This document shows positions 49,586 through 60,137 of a DNA stretch of 64,000 nucleotides, piece after piece. Within the stretch, counting starts at the first letter, position 1, and each line of letters starts with the position of its first letter. This DNA comes from an uncultured Verrucomicrobiota bacterium. GTDB lineage: Bacteria > Auribacterota > JABMQX01. The translations under genes were made by a program, and so were the position numbers. Location: NCBI GenBank assembly GCA_964482435.1, contig CAYZXL010000017.1, forward strand, positions 10,932 through 74,931, in the 5' to 3' direction. The notes below the pieces were generated by a model, which had not been told where the DNA came from, ran no database searches, and saw only the letters and a list, made by a program, of their open reading frames with translations.

Positions 49586-51427
49586 TCACTTCGTGGTTGG
49601 GGCTATCTGTCCCTCCATGTCGCCTATGACAAACTGGATGCCAGCCAGAAGGTGCCGCAGAAACAGCGGGTTCCAGTATGTCGCCCCTTCGTGGCCCAGC
49701 GTCGTGTAGAAAACACGGCCTTTGTCACAGGCCCTGACCCATGAGACGGCGTAATCCTTATCGGGGCGCTTCCCGGGGTCCACCATCTGGCTCAAGTCAA
49801 GGCTGGCGATGACACGCAGGTTCTTCGGGGAGTAGGGCGCGCCGAAAATGTACACCTCGTCCATTATCTTGAAGGGCTTCCCTTTGAAACAAGCGTTGAC
49901 AGGGTGTGCAGGATCATCGAGTTTAATGGTTACCTCCTGAAGAATATGCCCGCCATAATAACCGCCCATCAGCTCGCCGTACTCGGGCCAGTTCTGGAAG
50001 GCGGCCGTCGCGGCGTGGATGCCGACGAGTCCCTTGCCGCCACGGACATACTCGATGATACTCTCCTTGACGGCCTGATCGAACTTCCTCGCTGCAACCT
50101 GCCTCTCGGGGTCGAGCTTGTCGAAGTCCTCCGGAAGGAAGGGCTCAGGCTCGTGGATGTTGTTGAGCACGAGGGCGTCGAATTGCGGCAGGCGGTCTCC
50201 CAGCAAGAGGCGTGGGTCGTCGCTGACGACGGCCTGGAAAGCCCCGGTCTTCTTGCCGAGAATCTCTATGGCTTTCTCCGCAAACGGGTTCGGAGTGTGC
50301 GTCCAGGTGTGTCCCCAGACAAGCACGCGGCGAGGCTTGGGCGGCGTTGCCGGGGCCGTTTCCGGTGCTGCCCTCTCGATCCGTTCAATCTGCTCCTCGG
50401 TGGGTATGGTGACCTGGCGGGCCTCCATCCTGGCCTCGCGCACATCTGGCGGAGTCGGCCCAGGGCCACGATGGACCGGGAACGAGTCCCGCGGCGCCGT
50501 GTGCGCCTCCAGGTCTCCGACAGCGAACTGGATCGCATCGAGGTAGAACTGGAGTATTCCCGGATTCCACCAGATTTCCGTGCGATGTCCGAAGCCCGCG
50601 TAAAAGACGCGTCCTTTGCCAAAAGACTTCACCCAGGCCTGAGCAAAGTCATTATCTTCCCGCTGAATCCACTTGACGCCCATGTTGGTGCGCTCGGTAT
50701 CAAGTGATAGCAGGACGCGGAGCTTCTTCCGGTCATACGGAGGGCCAAACTGATATATCTCATCGGCGACGCGGAAGTCCTTCCCGCCAAACACCGCCAC
50801 GAGCGGATGATTCGGCTCCTCAACCAGCACGGCAACTTCTTCGTTCCAGGGGTGGCCCGTAAAAGTGGCTCCAAGAAGCTCACGGAATTCTGGCCAATGG
50901 GCGTTTGCGGCGATGGCGAAGTGATAGGCTACGATTCCTCCACCATTTGCCACGTAGTCGAGGAGGCTCTGGCGCAGGACTTTCTCCACGGCTTCCCTCG
51001 ATTCACCGTACGCCTTCAGTGCCTCCATCGCGGCGTCACTTGGGGTGATCCAGGGACCGCAGCTGTTGTTCATCACAACGGCGTCGAATTGCCGGATGTT
51101 CTCGGGCAGGAACAAGGCGATGTCATCGCTCACAACCGGCTCGAAGGCGCGGGTCTTCTCGCCGAGGATGCGCATGGCACACAGACCATAGGGGACACAG
51201 TAACCCTTGTGAGGGTCCTTGTCCATGAGGTGGGAGGGCGTGCTCCAGATGAGAACCCGGCGTTTTCTCATGGGCACGACGCGAGGTTTCGCCGGCGCCG
51301 CCGCACGGATTTGGTCTTCTTGATGCCTGGGAATGCCTTCGGGCGACTTCGCAGGCTCACCGGCGAGAAGAGGCGCCGCAAAAACCGCCGCCATAAGGGC
51401 CTTCAGTGCAAAGAATTTCGATTTCAT
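49586..51427 (-). CDS. Secreted protein with two tandem ThuA-like (trehalose-utilisation / class-I glutamine-amidotransferase-like) domains. The ORF is open to 51532; ATG 51427 follows RBS gaggagg
   Basis: Two copies of the ThuA signature: ...GGGIVAYHFAIA..W...GKGRVFYAGFGHRTEIW and ...GKGLVGIHAATAAF..W...DKGRVFYTTLGHEGATYWNPLF. Signal peptide MKSKFFALKALMAAVFAAPLLA. Confidence 0.7.
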   Translation of the reverse strand: MKSKFFALKALMAAVFAAPLLAGEPAKSPEGIPRHQEDQIRAAAPAKPRVVPMRKRRVLIWSTPSHLMDKDPHKGYCVPYGLCAMRILGEKTRAFEPVVSDDIALFLPENIRQFDAVVMNNSCGPWITPSDAAMEALKAYGESREAVEKVLRQSLLDYVANGGGIVAYHFAIAANAHWPEFRELLGATFTGHPWNEEVAVLVEEPNHPLVAVFGGKDFRVADEIYQFGPPYDRKKLRVLLSLDTERTNMGVKWIQREDNDFAQAWVKSFGKGRVFYAGFGHRTEIWWNPGILQFYLDAIQFAVGDLEAHTAPRDSFPVHRGPGPTPPDVREARMEARQVTIPTEEQIERIERAAPETAPATPPKPRRVLVWGHTWTHTPNPFAEKAIEILGKKTGAFQAVVSDDPRLLLGDRLPQFDALVLNNIHEPEPFLPEDFDKLDPERQVAARKFDQAVKESIIEYVRGGKGLVGIHAATAAFQNWPEYGELMGGYYGGHILQEVTIKLDDPAHPVNACFKGKPFKIMDEVYIFGAPYSPKNLRVIASLDLSQMVDPGKRPDKDYAVSWVRACDKGRVFYTTLGHEGATYWNPLFLRHLLAGIQFVIGDMEGQIAPTTK

Positions 51428-51928
51428 GACTATACCCTCCTCACAATGACCATCCTTCCCGGTAGTTGCAGCGCAGGAGCTTATCCGCCTCTGCATTGCC
51501 AACGATCTTGCACTCAACCGGGTCGAATTCAAGATCGCCCTCGACCTGAGCCGCCACGTTGCCGAGCATGAGGAACTCCGTCAAAGGAGCAGCATATTCA
51601 AACCTCGCCCAGGCGGGCTTGCCGCCCCGGCAGTCCTGGGCGTCGCTCCCTCACGGGAAACGCGCGGCGGGTCGAGAATGACGGCGTGTTTGGTGTTTCA
51701 GGAACTGTGCTTTCGATCGTCCGAGTTTCCTTTCTGCCCCCCCACAACTCCTGATTACACGGTCTTAATATGAAAGCCTTTGTCTGCCCCTTCTTGCATA
51801 TAATACAGCCCAGCGGGTCCCTGTGCAAATTGGATTATCGCTTGGGCTGGATCGGAAGTCTGACTATTCTGCCCAGCAAACGCCCGCAGAAAGCCGGAGA
51901 AGAGGTGCAGGGATAGGCGCGGGGGTGC

Positions 51929-52438
51929 TCAACAGGTAAGATGGAAAACGGCGTTGCGGCCCTCCTGGTGTCTCTTGAAGTAAGCGACTGCGTCTCGCGT
52001 TGGCAGAATTACAAACTTTACGTTTCGCTTTAGCGCTTCCGCCTTAACCTCGTTCATCACCGGAAGGCTCGATTGAAATCCTATTCCCACGACCAGCTCC
52101 TCGCAATCCCAGGGGATTTCCTCGTCAACCGACAGCGGCGTGTGACCGAAACGAGCAGCATACTTTTTCGACGGTTTCTTATTCCTCTCCCGCACGGCAT
52201 TCTTACTAATCACTACATCTTCCTCGAACGTCCTGCCATTGATAACGACCTTTCCCCATCTGCAATCTCCAATCTTCAACGGCTGGTCGAGCCTTCTCGG
52301 CATCTCACCTCTTCTCGCGGCGGTTTCTCCTTGGGCATCGGTGACGTCTCTGCATCCCACCGCAGCCAGCGCGACCGCTGACCACAAAAAGAAAATCAGA
52401 ATTGATTTTTCCTTTCTATCTCCTGGGGCTGGCATCAT
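51929..52438 (-). CDS. Putative lipoprotein with an Mth938-like domain
   Basis: Signal + lipobox (LAAVGC). ...VVINGRTFEEDVVI...EELVVGIGFQSSLPV...NVKFVILPTRDAVAYFKRHQEGRNAVFHLTC resembles the Mth938 domain. Confidence 0.45.
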   Translation of the reverse strand: MMPAPGDRKEKSILIFFLWSAVALAAVGCRDVTDAQGETAARRGEMPRRLDQPLKIGDCRWGKVVINGRTFEEDVVISKNAVRERNKKPSKKYAARFGHTPLSVDEEIPWDCEELVVGIGFQSSLPVMNEVKAEALKRNVKFVILPTRDAVAYFKRHQEGRNAVFHLTC

Positions 52439-52576
52439 TGCTGCCTTTCTTTTTCAAAGATACCCGCAGTTATGAGAGTATATGTGACAACAACGAATAT
52501 TGAAATGTGCGTCGCTAATCCAGCGTCTTTGTAGAGCGATGGCGGCACAAACCCAAAGACGAATATCCAATGCCTA

Positions 52577-54019
52577 TCAGCGAACTTTCAGGCCGCAGGC
52601 TTTCCGCACCCTCCAGGCTTCATAATATTTCCCAAGCATTGCATCACCAGCCTTGGGATCGGCGATTGCTCGATCCAGATGGAAATCCACAATAGCCTCA
52701 GGCTCAACCGGGCTTTCCGTCCAAAGGTTCGGACTTCCCGCGAGGTGTCGAAAGGCTAAACCCCAGGGCTTTGTCTTGCCCTGTTCGGTAACCAGTCCGG
52801 AGAACTTCGTGAGGTCCCGGGCAGAGGGTGTGTCAGCGTAAGCCCAATTGAGCCAGCCTGCGGCAATTCCCCGGCCCTGCATTACCGCAGACCGACACCA
52901 GCAGGATTGATCCTCAGGGGAGCGCCCTACAGGATACTCCTGGTTTTTGCCGTCATGCCAGCCGAACTCGCCCACGACGAGGGGCTTTCGCGATGCCCCA
53001 GCCTTCACGTAGCGGAGTGCCAGCTCAAGATAGGCGAGGTTCTTCTCAAAGTTCTCGTCGGAGACTGTGGGGTCGCCCCCATAGAACGGGTAAAAATGGA
53101 TAGACAAAAAATCGAGCGCCGGGGCGATCCGCGAAGGCCGAAACGCTGCATAGCGAGACGGCTTCCCGTACAACACCGGTATCGTCCATTGAATCAGTCC
53201 AACCGTTACCAGATGGTTCGGCGCGACGGCTCGGATTGCTTCAGCCTGCATCCTCAGCCAACGCTCCGCCAGCGATTCACGGAAACGCTGATAATCCAGC
53301 AAGAGCCGCGACCCCGGTGCAGGTGTGTCCGCAGGAACTTCCATTTCTTCAAAAGATTCGATGCCCTGCGCCTCTTTTCCCCACGCCTTGCGGAGGGCTT
53401 CGAGAGTGCCGTACTGCTCGCGAAGCCATTTGGGCCACTGCGCCTTCATTGCGGGTGTGTTCCAACCGACATGCGGCTCGTTCAAAATATCGTACGCGAA
53501 AATAACTGGCTCATTGCAGTAGCGGGCGGCAAACGCTTTCCAGAAAGCGACCTGCACCTCGAGAGCTCTTGGGTCGGCTATGAAGTCGGTTCTCCGCCAG
53601 CCTGGATTGCCCTCCCAATGATCGGGGCCTGTCGGATGCAGGCGAATTCCATTTCGACGGGCGATGGACAGCATTTTTTCAAACTTCTCCAGCGCGGTGG
53701 GCTCCAGATTGGGTGGTTCCGGGAAGAAGCTCTGGGCTGTCAGGAACACACGCACCACGTTGACGCCGAGCTCTCGCATTACCCGAAAATGAGACTCCAC
53801 CTTCTCGGGATCGAATCTCTGCCACAGTCTCGGCGGCCAACCCACATCGGGATCAAAGTAATTGCACCCGAACGGATACCACGGTCTCCCACCAACAGTG
53901 AAACCGCTCCCGTCCGGGCTGATACGGACAAATTCTCGTTCGTCGCCGGTGGCGGAAAGGACGCTTGCACCACAGAAGAAAACAAAGGCAGCGGTCAGTG
54001 CGGCCACGGTTTTTTTCAT
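52577..54019 (-). CDS. Secreted glycoside hydrolase, GH5-like (TIM barrel; beta-mannanase/cellulase superfamily)
   Basis: Signal peptide MKKTVAALTAAFVFFCGASVLSA. ...GVNVVRVFL...VIFAYDILNEPHVGW (NEP acid/base motif). ...GEFGW. Confidence 0.6.
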   Translation of the reverse strand: MKKTVAALTAAFVFFCGASVLSATGDEREFVRISPDGSGFTVGGRPWYPFGCNYFDPDVGWPPRLWQRFDPEKVESHFRVMRELGVNVVRVFLTAQSFFPEPPNLEPTALEKFEKMLSIARRNGIRLHPTGPDHWEGNPGWRRTDFIADPRALEVQVAFWKAFAARYCNEPVIFAYDILNEPHVGWNTPAMKAQWPKWLREQYGTLEALRKAWGKEAQGIESFEEMEVPADTPAPGSRLLLDYQRFRESLAERWLRMQAEAIRAVAPNHLVTVGLIQWTIPVLYGKPSRYAAFRPSRIAPALDFLSIHFYPFYGGDPTVSDENFEKNLAYLELALRYVKAGASRKPLVVGEFGWHDGKNQEYPVGRSPEDQSCWCRSAVMQGRGIAAGWLNWAYADTPSARDLTKFSGLVTEQGKTKPWGLAFRHLAGSPNLWTESPVEPEAIVDFHLDRAIADPKAGDAMLGKYYEAWRVRKACGLKVR

Positions 54020-54617
54020 CGTCTCTGAAAACTCTTCGGGTTAGAGAACGCTCGCAGTTAGGCTAACTCACAGCCGCTCTTTTTCCAAGTGAATTGTCTC
54101 CCGCGTCTCACCTGCTGTGGCCGCACGATGTCCCACCTGGATGCCTTGTCGGGTTGGAACAGCCCGGCTTGATTCCCTGGTGGAACTCCCGCGACCAGAC
54201 GGGTCTTGTCCTCACGCGCTGGCCACCTGGTATTCCCAACATCTCGGCCATGACGAGGTCTGCGCAGCCACCCAGCCACCAGGAAAAAGAGGTCCCCCCT
54301 GACTCGGTCCCTCCTTCTTACCGCGGAACCAGTTGCTTTATCGTAAGAACTGTCAAGAGCACTCCCGAAACGCAATTGTGCGTGCGTACGGGCAACGATC
54401 GAAAAGACAGTCAACCATACCCGACGAGGAGGGCGTTTTCACAACCGAGCGGTATTGCCCTCTTCCTGGTCGCGCGAGTAAGTACACGAATTCAGAAATA
54501 CGACGACGTATCACACACTGGTCGGAAGGGGGGATACTTTCGACAGGATTTACAGGATGGCCGGGATTTGAAAGGGAGAGCACGAAGCTGTCGGCGGGAA
54601 ATCCTGAAGGCCGCCGG

Positions 54618-57059
54618 TCAGAAGCCCAGGTCCTCGCCATCGTGAGTTGCCAGACCAATCTGCTCGACGCCGCCGCGGCGTCCGTTGTACCACAGCAGCC
54701 AGCGGTTGTCGTCCAGGATGGCAAAGGGCTTATAGACCGCGTCATGGTCCCACTGGTTGACGCCGGGGCGGATGATCGGGTTGTCAGGGTGACGCTGCCA
54801 GTTGGTTATGCCGTCGCGCGACCGAGCGAGCCCAATCTGTGCGTGATCAACGTCGCGGAACCCTATGTAGAACATGAGATACCAGCCGCCGTGACGGATC
54901 ACCTGACACGCTGTCACCTTGTGTTTTTCCCATGGGCTGTCGGGATTGGAACGGAAGATCGGGTTCGCCTCAAACTTTCTCCAGTTGCAGCCGTCGGGGC
55001 TGGTCGCATAGCCGATGGCGTCAGGCTCATACTGCTCTCCGCCGGAGTACCACATGCGAAAAAGCTTGTCCTCCTCGTCCCAAATCGCATGTGGGCACAT
55101 TACGGCGACCTTCTCCCAGTGCGCCTTGGGCGAAAGGACGGGCTTATCGCTCATCCGGGTCCAGGTTTTGCCGTCCGTACTCGTCGCATAGCCAATACAG
55201 GAATGGCCTTTTGCCTGGCCTGTAAACCACATGTGATAGACGTCTGGACGCTTCAGCACAACTGGCCGATTGATGTCATCTTCCCAACCCGTGGCCGGGT
55301 TTGGTCCGAGAACGATAACCGGGTCATTCCAGTGCACCCCGTCAATGCTCTCGACCAGCGCGATGCTTTTCTTCGGCCTCCAGGAGAACCACATCCGGAA
55401 AGTCTCGCCCTCCTTCAAAACCGAAACGTCGAAGCATGTGCCAAGCTTCCCGCCGAGGACCGGGTTGTCCTCGGACTTGACCCATCCTCCGCTTGTGTCG
55501 GCGCTTTTGGGTGCGCCCTCAAATGCCCTTTGTTCATCCTGACTTACCCCTGGCAGCGGGCCTTCGATCCCTGACTCGAGTTCAGCGACGATGCGCGGAT
55601 TCAGTTTCTGGGAAGCCCCAATTTCTTTGCCGTCGGCAAATATGCGCAAACCAGTGCCCTTCTTGTAACGCTCGCCCGTTTTGTCATACAGGACGGTTAT
55701 AACGTGGTTATGGTACAGCACGCCATCGAGGCAGAAATAGTCCCACGTCCCCTCCGGAACGAGCGGGCTAATTTCAATTTTATCGTCGGAACGGGGCCGC
55801 AAACCAACCAGTCCAGTGATGACGAGGTCGCAAAAGGCTGAATGGTTGTAATCCACGCTCCTGGGTTTATCCACAATCCACTTGCCAGTCACACCGTCGA
55901 GGTCTTCAGCGATCCACGGTTTGCCGTCCTTGTACTGCGATCTCGCGTAGTTCGTCAGGATGGTCAGGTAATCTTTCCTGCTGATGATGCTTTGGTCGTA
56001 GTTGTTGAGCACGTTCGCCATCGCAACGAGGGTCTGCGTTGTGGCGTAGGGCCATGATGGGCCGTTCCAGAGACAATCGTGCTCGTGCTTGAACATGAAC
56101 CGCGGATGGCGCCGTTCCGCAGTTGTCGGGCCAAAAGGCGCGTAGAAGCCGGCGGGGTCCATGATTTGTTTCCAGGCAACCTCGTAGCTCCCGTCAGGGA
56201 GATTGAAGTACCATGGGACAAAACCGATTTCCTCCCGCACGTCAACAAGCTGGGCATTCTCGCCCCTCGGCAGAGTCTTGAAGAATTGCGCGCCCGTGTC
56301 CCACAGCTTGGCTTGGACGAGGTGCTTGATCTTTGCAGCTTTGTCGCGGTAGATGCGGGCAAGGTCCTTCCGGTTTGCGAGTTCGGCAATGTTGGCAATC
56401 GCCACTGCGTCACCGTACATGTAAGAGTTAATTGTCGGGCGGCAGCCGCTTCCGCCGATGGAAACCTCCATCCCGTCCCGGTCGTCAATCTGCCAGAACA
56501 AGCCATTTGGGTCGAGGCGCTCCTTCTCCCAGGCCTCATAGTTCCTGACTAAGTCTGGAAGGAGGTCCTCAGGCAGTTCCGGATTGTCATTGACCAGAAA
56601 CCGCGCCCAGATGGCATCCCCGAGCCAGCAACTGTATCGGCGAGGTTCGCCTCCTTTCCGAAACCAGAAGACGCAATAGTCGTCAACATATCGCGGGTTG
56701 CGAATCCAGCGTCCTTCGTAGATGTGATGGCCCGCCGCGCAAGAAATCGAATTGTGTTTTCCCGACCAGCCGACCTTGGGAGTGAACTCGGTAACGATGA
56801 ACCCGTCGGGCGTCTCTTCGATATGTTTTCTGAAAACGCCCCAGCGAAAGTAGTATATTTCCTGAATATGGCTGTCGGGGCACTCAAACAGCGGAACGTT
56901 CTGAGGAATCCAGTCCGAATTTTCGCCCATCTCCCGCTGGAACTCACCGGGGTTCAACAGCAAGAATTGTCGCTCTGCCGCCAGAATGGAGCAGGACAGC
57001 CCTGCCCAGGCGCACAGTGCCGACACGAAAAGCATCCTTTGAAGCAAAGACTTTCTCAT
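54618..57059 (-). CDS. Two-domain glycoside hydrolase: N-terminal (alpha/alpha)6-barrel glycosidase-like domain fused to a C-terminal GH130/GH43-like five-bladed beta-propeller. The ORF is open to 57134; ATG 57059 precedes a signal peptide
   Basis: N-terminal ...HEHDCLWNGPSWPYATTQTLVAMANVL... is six-hairpin-like. C-terminal repeated ..GYATSTDGKTW.., ..IGYATSPDGCNW.., ..IGLARSRDGITNW.. blades (DUF377/GH130-like). Confidence 0.55.
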   Translation of the reverse strand: MRKSLLQRMLFVSALCAWAGLSCSILAAERQFLLLNPGEFQREMGENSDWIPQNVPLFECPDSHIQEIYYFRWGVFRKHIEETPDGFIVTEFTPKVGWSGKHNSISCAAGHHIYEGRWIRNPRYVDDYCVFWFRKGGEPRRYSCWLGDAIWARFLVNDNPELPEDLLPDLVRNYEAWEKERLDPNGLFWQIDDRDGMEVSIGGSGCRPTINSYMYGDAVAIANIAELANRKDLARIYRDKAAKIKHLVQAKLWDTGAQFFKTLPRGENAQLVDVREEIGFVPWYFNLPDGSYEVAWKQIMDPAGFYAPFGPTTAERRHPRFMFKHEHDCLWNGPSWPYATTQTLVAMANVLNNYDQSIISRKDYLTILTNYARSQYKDGKPWIAEDLDGVTGKWIVDKPRSVDYNHSAFCDLVITGLVGLRPRSDDKIEISPLVPEGTWDYFCLDGVLYHNHVITVLYDKTGERYKKGTGLRIFADGKEIGASQKLNPRIVAELESGIEGPLPGVSQDEQRAFEGAPKSADTSGGWVKSEDNPVLGGKLGTCFDVSVLKEGETFRMWFSWRPKKSIALVESIDGVHWNDPVIVLGPNPATGWEDDINRPVVLKRPDVYHMWFTGQAKGHSCIGYATSTDGKTWTRMSDKPVLSPKAHWEKVAVMCPHAIWDEEDKLFRMWYSGGEQYEPDAIGYATSPDGCNWRKFEANPIFRSNPDSPWEKHKVTACQVIRHGGWYLMFYIGFRDVDHAQIGLARSRDGITNWQRHPDNPIIRPGVNQWDHDAVYKPFAILDDNRWLLWYNGRRGGVEQIGLATHDGEDLGF

Positions 57060-57094
57060 GTTTGCCGAGCCTCGCTTTTCACGTATGCGACCCC

Positions 57095-59647
57095 TCACTT
57101 CAATGGTTCGATGCGTATTGTCTTGATCTGCCACGGCCGGAAATCCAGCGACGAGGAGACCTCTTGACGTTCTTGCTCTGCGAGGTCCGCCTCTGTCAGC
57201 CGCGCGCGCCCTAATAGATAGCTGAGCGAGACGCGGCCGCCGCGCCCCCGGTGTTCATACATCCGCGCGTAGATTCGTCCTCCGTGGCTGTAGAGTGCGG
57301 ACAGAATCACATCCGGAGAAGCGATCTTCAGCGGACGCACCTCGTTGCCAAGCCGGCCATCGCCGGGAGCAGCGCACGCGACCACGCAGGGGAAATTGTA
57401 TTCCAGCGCCCGCCGATGAAGCTCCGCTTCTCGCCAGTCTCCAGAAAAAGGGTAAAGCGCGAATTCGTATGTGAAGTCGCCGTTGAGCATTCTTGTGCCC
57501 CATACATAGTACATGGCGTAGGCCACAGGCACCGAGAAACCACCGTCCGTCTCGCGCACTGAGCCCATCGTTCCGCGATTAAAAACAGCCACACCACCGT
57601 TGCGGCCAGCCAGAGCTGTCCAGTAGTTGCCCTCGACATATCGCTCGGTAGTCTCGGCAACCGCGAACGGGACGTCGCGCACACCCACGGCGTCATCGCC
57701 AGGCGCGGGGAAAAGCTTGAAGCGCAGTTTTTCCTCGTGCAGAAAACCGGATTTGCTATCTCGCCTGTCCTCGCTGAGACGGCCGATCTTCTGACCTTTG
57801 AAGTGAAAGCTCGCCCTGCAATCGAGCCGCGGACTGTCCGGACGAATGGTCATTTCCAGCGTGTAAGGAATGTCCGCGACCGAGCCGCGCTCACGAGCCA
57901 ATACCCAGGACTGTCCTTCGGAAGCCTGCTCGATAACCCAGCTACCTTTCGACTCGCAGTCCCGCCCGTCAATTTTGCCCGCAAAAAAGCAACTCCTCCT
58001 ATCGGGTTTGAGAAGACTGCGGCCAGAGCGCCTGTCCACCAGGGACGATACTCCGCCTTCCGGGTTCAGGACAATCTCCACCTCCGCCGTCGTGACGCGC
58101 AGGCCCGCCACGTCGGTTTGGATGTCCGGCGTGAGTTTCACCGGCACCTCTTCTCCTCCGGACAACGAGTATGACGCAAACGCTAATCCCGGCACGTCAA
58201 TCAGGACAGCAAGACGAGCGCCCTTAATGCTCCCGTCGGGGTGGCGGCTCGCCGCCAGCAATGTCGATGGAACGGGTTTGGCGCCGTGCCGTAGCATAAC
58301 TGCTCTGGCTGCTCCTGGGTTGAGGGACACCGCGACCTCAGTCCACTCCTTCCGGGGCCACGAAACGGGATTGAAGACTGTCAATTGGGCTGTGTCCCCG
58401 CCTTCCATCCGAGAGGCTATGTAGCGCAGCGAAGCGTCCCTGACGCGACCGGATAGTCCCATGGATGCAGGAAGGAACCTGTTGGCTTCTTTCAGCAGCC
58501 CGCATATCTGAATATCATGGTGCTGCGCCACAAGAAGGTTCTTCCAGGCCTGTCTGAGCTCGTTCTGGTGATCCGCGCCTCCAAGGAGGAGCTCCATCGC
58601 CGCTAATCGTTCCGCGGTCAGAACCTGCACCTCGGCGGAACGGCTCGCGTTCCAAATCTCATTGCCGCAGTAGCCCCATGGCATGCGAACATGGAAATCG
58701 TTCGGGCCGGTCTTCAGTTCTTCCGTCGGAGCAGGGAAAGTGGGAAGTATTTCCTCGAGAAGGACCCAGCGATATTCGCGGTTGTCCTCGTACTTCTTGA
58801 CCAGTTCCTCGCGCCGCAGCTTGGAGTCGTCCGCCCGCGAAGCGAGGAGCGGTCTGATATGAGCGAATTTCTTGCGGAACTCCTCTAACGGCGTACTGCA
58901 CTCCGGACCGGGGTAACGGGTCAAAATCCAGTTATCCACCGTCGTTCGTCCGAACTCCGCGCCTTCGCCCTCATACGTCGGAACCGCCGGAATGCGCGAG
59001 CCGTCCAGTCCTACCCACCACCCTGTTGCCACATCGAACGTTGGGTTGTATCCGTACATCATGAAATGCGTTCGCATTATCGCCCCCGAAAATCCGAAGC
59101 CAACCAGAAGTTGCGGAATCTGGCTGTGCATCGCGTGCTCGCTCATCAGATAGACCGTCGGTGCATATCCCAGGTGGTCGCGGTTTGCCTCTATAGCATG
59201 GGCGATTTGCCGAACGTTGGATTCCTCGTTGATGAACTGCGACAGTGGTTGGCCGTAAGTGCAGGTCCCGATTCCGAAGCGTCCGCTATAGCGCTTCAGG
59301 TATCCGCGCAGTTCCTTTAACACCTCTGGATTGTGCTCTCCCAGGTAGTCGTAGGTATAGGCCTCGTTGTCCAGACCGATCTTGAAGCTTGGGTAACGGT
59401 CCAGCCACTCGACGGCATTGCGCAGGTGCTCTAAAAAGTGGTCAGGCCCCCAGAGCACTACTCCGCCGTGGTCGTATGTCAGCATGTAAAGCGGCTCTGG
59501 AAGCTCTTTGTTTGTCGCCGAAGGCCCAATGCCTTCACCCCTCTCGCTCGCCGGCTGAACGGATTCCCCGGAAGGGCAGACCCCGCCAGCAATTGAGGCC
59601 ACTGCCAGGCCAAAACCGAAAATCACGAAGAAATGTCTTCGATCCAT
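57095..59647 (-). CDS. Large secreted glycoside-hydrolase-like protein with a GH38/NodB-like N-domain (divergent)
   Basis: ...GRFGIGTCTYGQPLSQFINEESNVRQIAHAIE..., comparable to the GH38 N-domain GrlEfvgGgWv..De.. region but without a clear HxHxD motif. Signal peptide. Confidence 0.45.
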   Translation of the reverse strand: MDRRHFFVIFGFGLAVASIAGGVCPSGESVQPASERGEGIGPSATNKELPEPLYMLTYDHGGVVLWGPDHFLEHLRNAVEWLDRYPSFKIGLDNEAYTYDYLGEHNPEVLKELRGYLKRYSGRFGIGTCTYGQPLSQFINEESNVRQIAHAIEANRDHLGYAPTVYLMSEHAMHSQIPQLLVGFGFSGAIMRTHFMMYGYNPTFDVATGWWVGLDGSRIPAVPTYEGEGAEFGRTTVDNWILTRYPGPECSTPLEEFRKKFAHIRPLLASRADDSKLRREELVKKYEDNREYRWVLLEEILPTFPAPTEELKTGPNDFHVRMPWGYCGNEIWNASRSAEVQVLTAERLAAMELLLGGADHQNELRQAWKNLLVAQHHDIQICGLLKEANRFLPASMGLSGRVRDASLRYIASRMEGGDTAQLTVFNPVSWPRKEWTEVAVSLNPGAARAVMLRHGAKPVPSTLLAASRHPDGSIKGARLAVLIDVPGLAFASYSLSGGEEVPVKLTPDIQTDVAGLRVTTAEVEIVLNPEGGVSSLVDRRSGRSLLKPDRRSCFFAGKIDGRDCESKGSWVIEQASEGQSWVLARERGSVADIPYTLEMTIRPDSPRLDCRASFHFKGQKIGRLSEDRRDSKSGFLHEEKLRFKLFPAPGDDAVGVRDVPFAVAETTERYVEGNYWTALAGRNGGVAVFNRGTMGSVRETDGGFSVPVAYAMYYVWGTRMLNGDFTYEFALYPFSGDWREAELHRRALEYNFPCVVACAAPGDGRLGNEVRPLKIASPDVILSALYSHGGRIYARMYEHRGRGGRVSLSYLLGRARLTEADLAEQERQEVSSSLDFRPWQIKTIRIEPLK

Positions 59648-60137
59648 GTTCCAATCACCACTTGGTACACGTCAGATGGGTCGTTTTGCCTTCGCGGCTG
59701 ACAGTCTGATTCATAACCAGCAAAACATCAATATCAAAACCGCCCCCCCTTTTTTGACACAGGGTGTTTCCTGTTCGCCGCTATCTCGAACGCGGACAAT
59801 GACCCAATCGGCTCACCGGGTGCTGGGCTCCCGATTCTTCTTTCTGCGGCGATGCGAAAGAATTTGCGGTGAACTGTCGCATCCGCAATGGAATAGGCTG
59901 GGTATCCGCGACAGCGGTATCGTATTCCGTGCAAAACGACAAAAAAAGATGATAGTCTGTGTACCACACCTGAAGTGGCACAAACGCGACATGGCCTCAA
60001 GCCCCGGCTGTTGGTTTCAGTCACGCACCCATACGAAAATACGATACCCGCGCCGTGAACACGGTGGTATGCTCCTTAGTCAAACTTGAGGAGGAATACT
60101 GAATGATACAGTCACCATCAGTTTCAGGGGATTGAAC

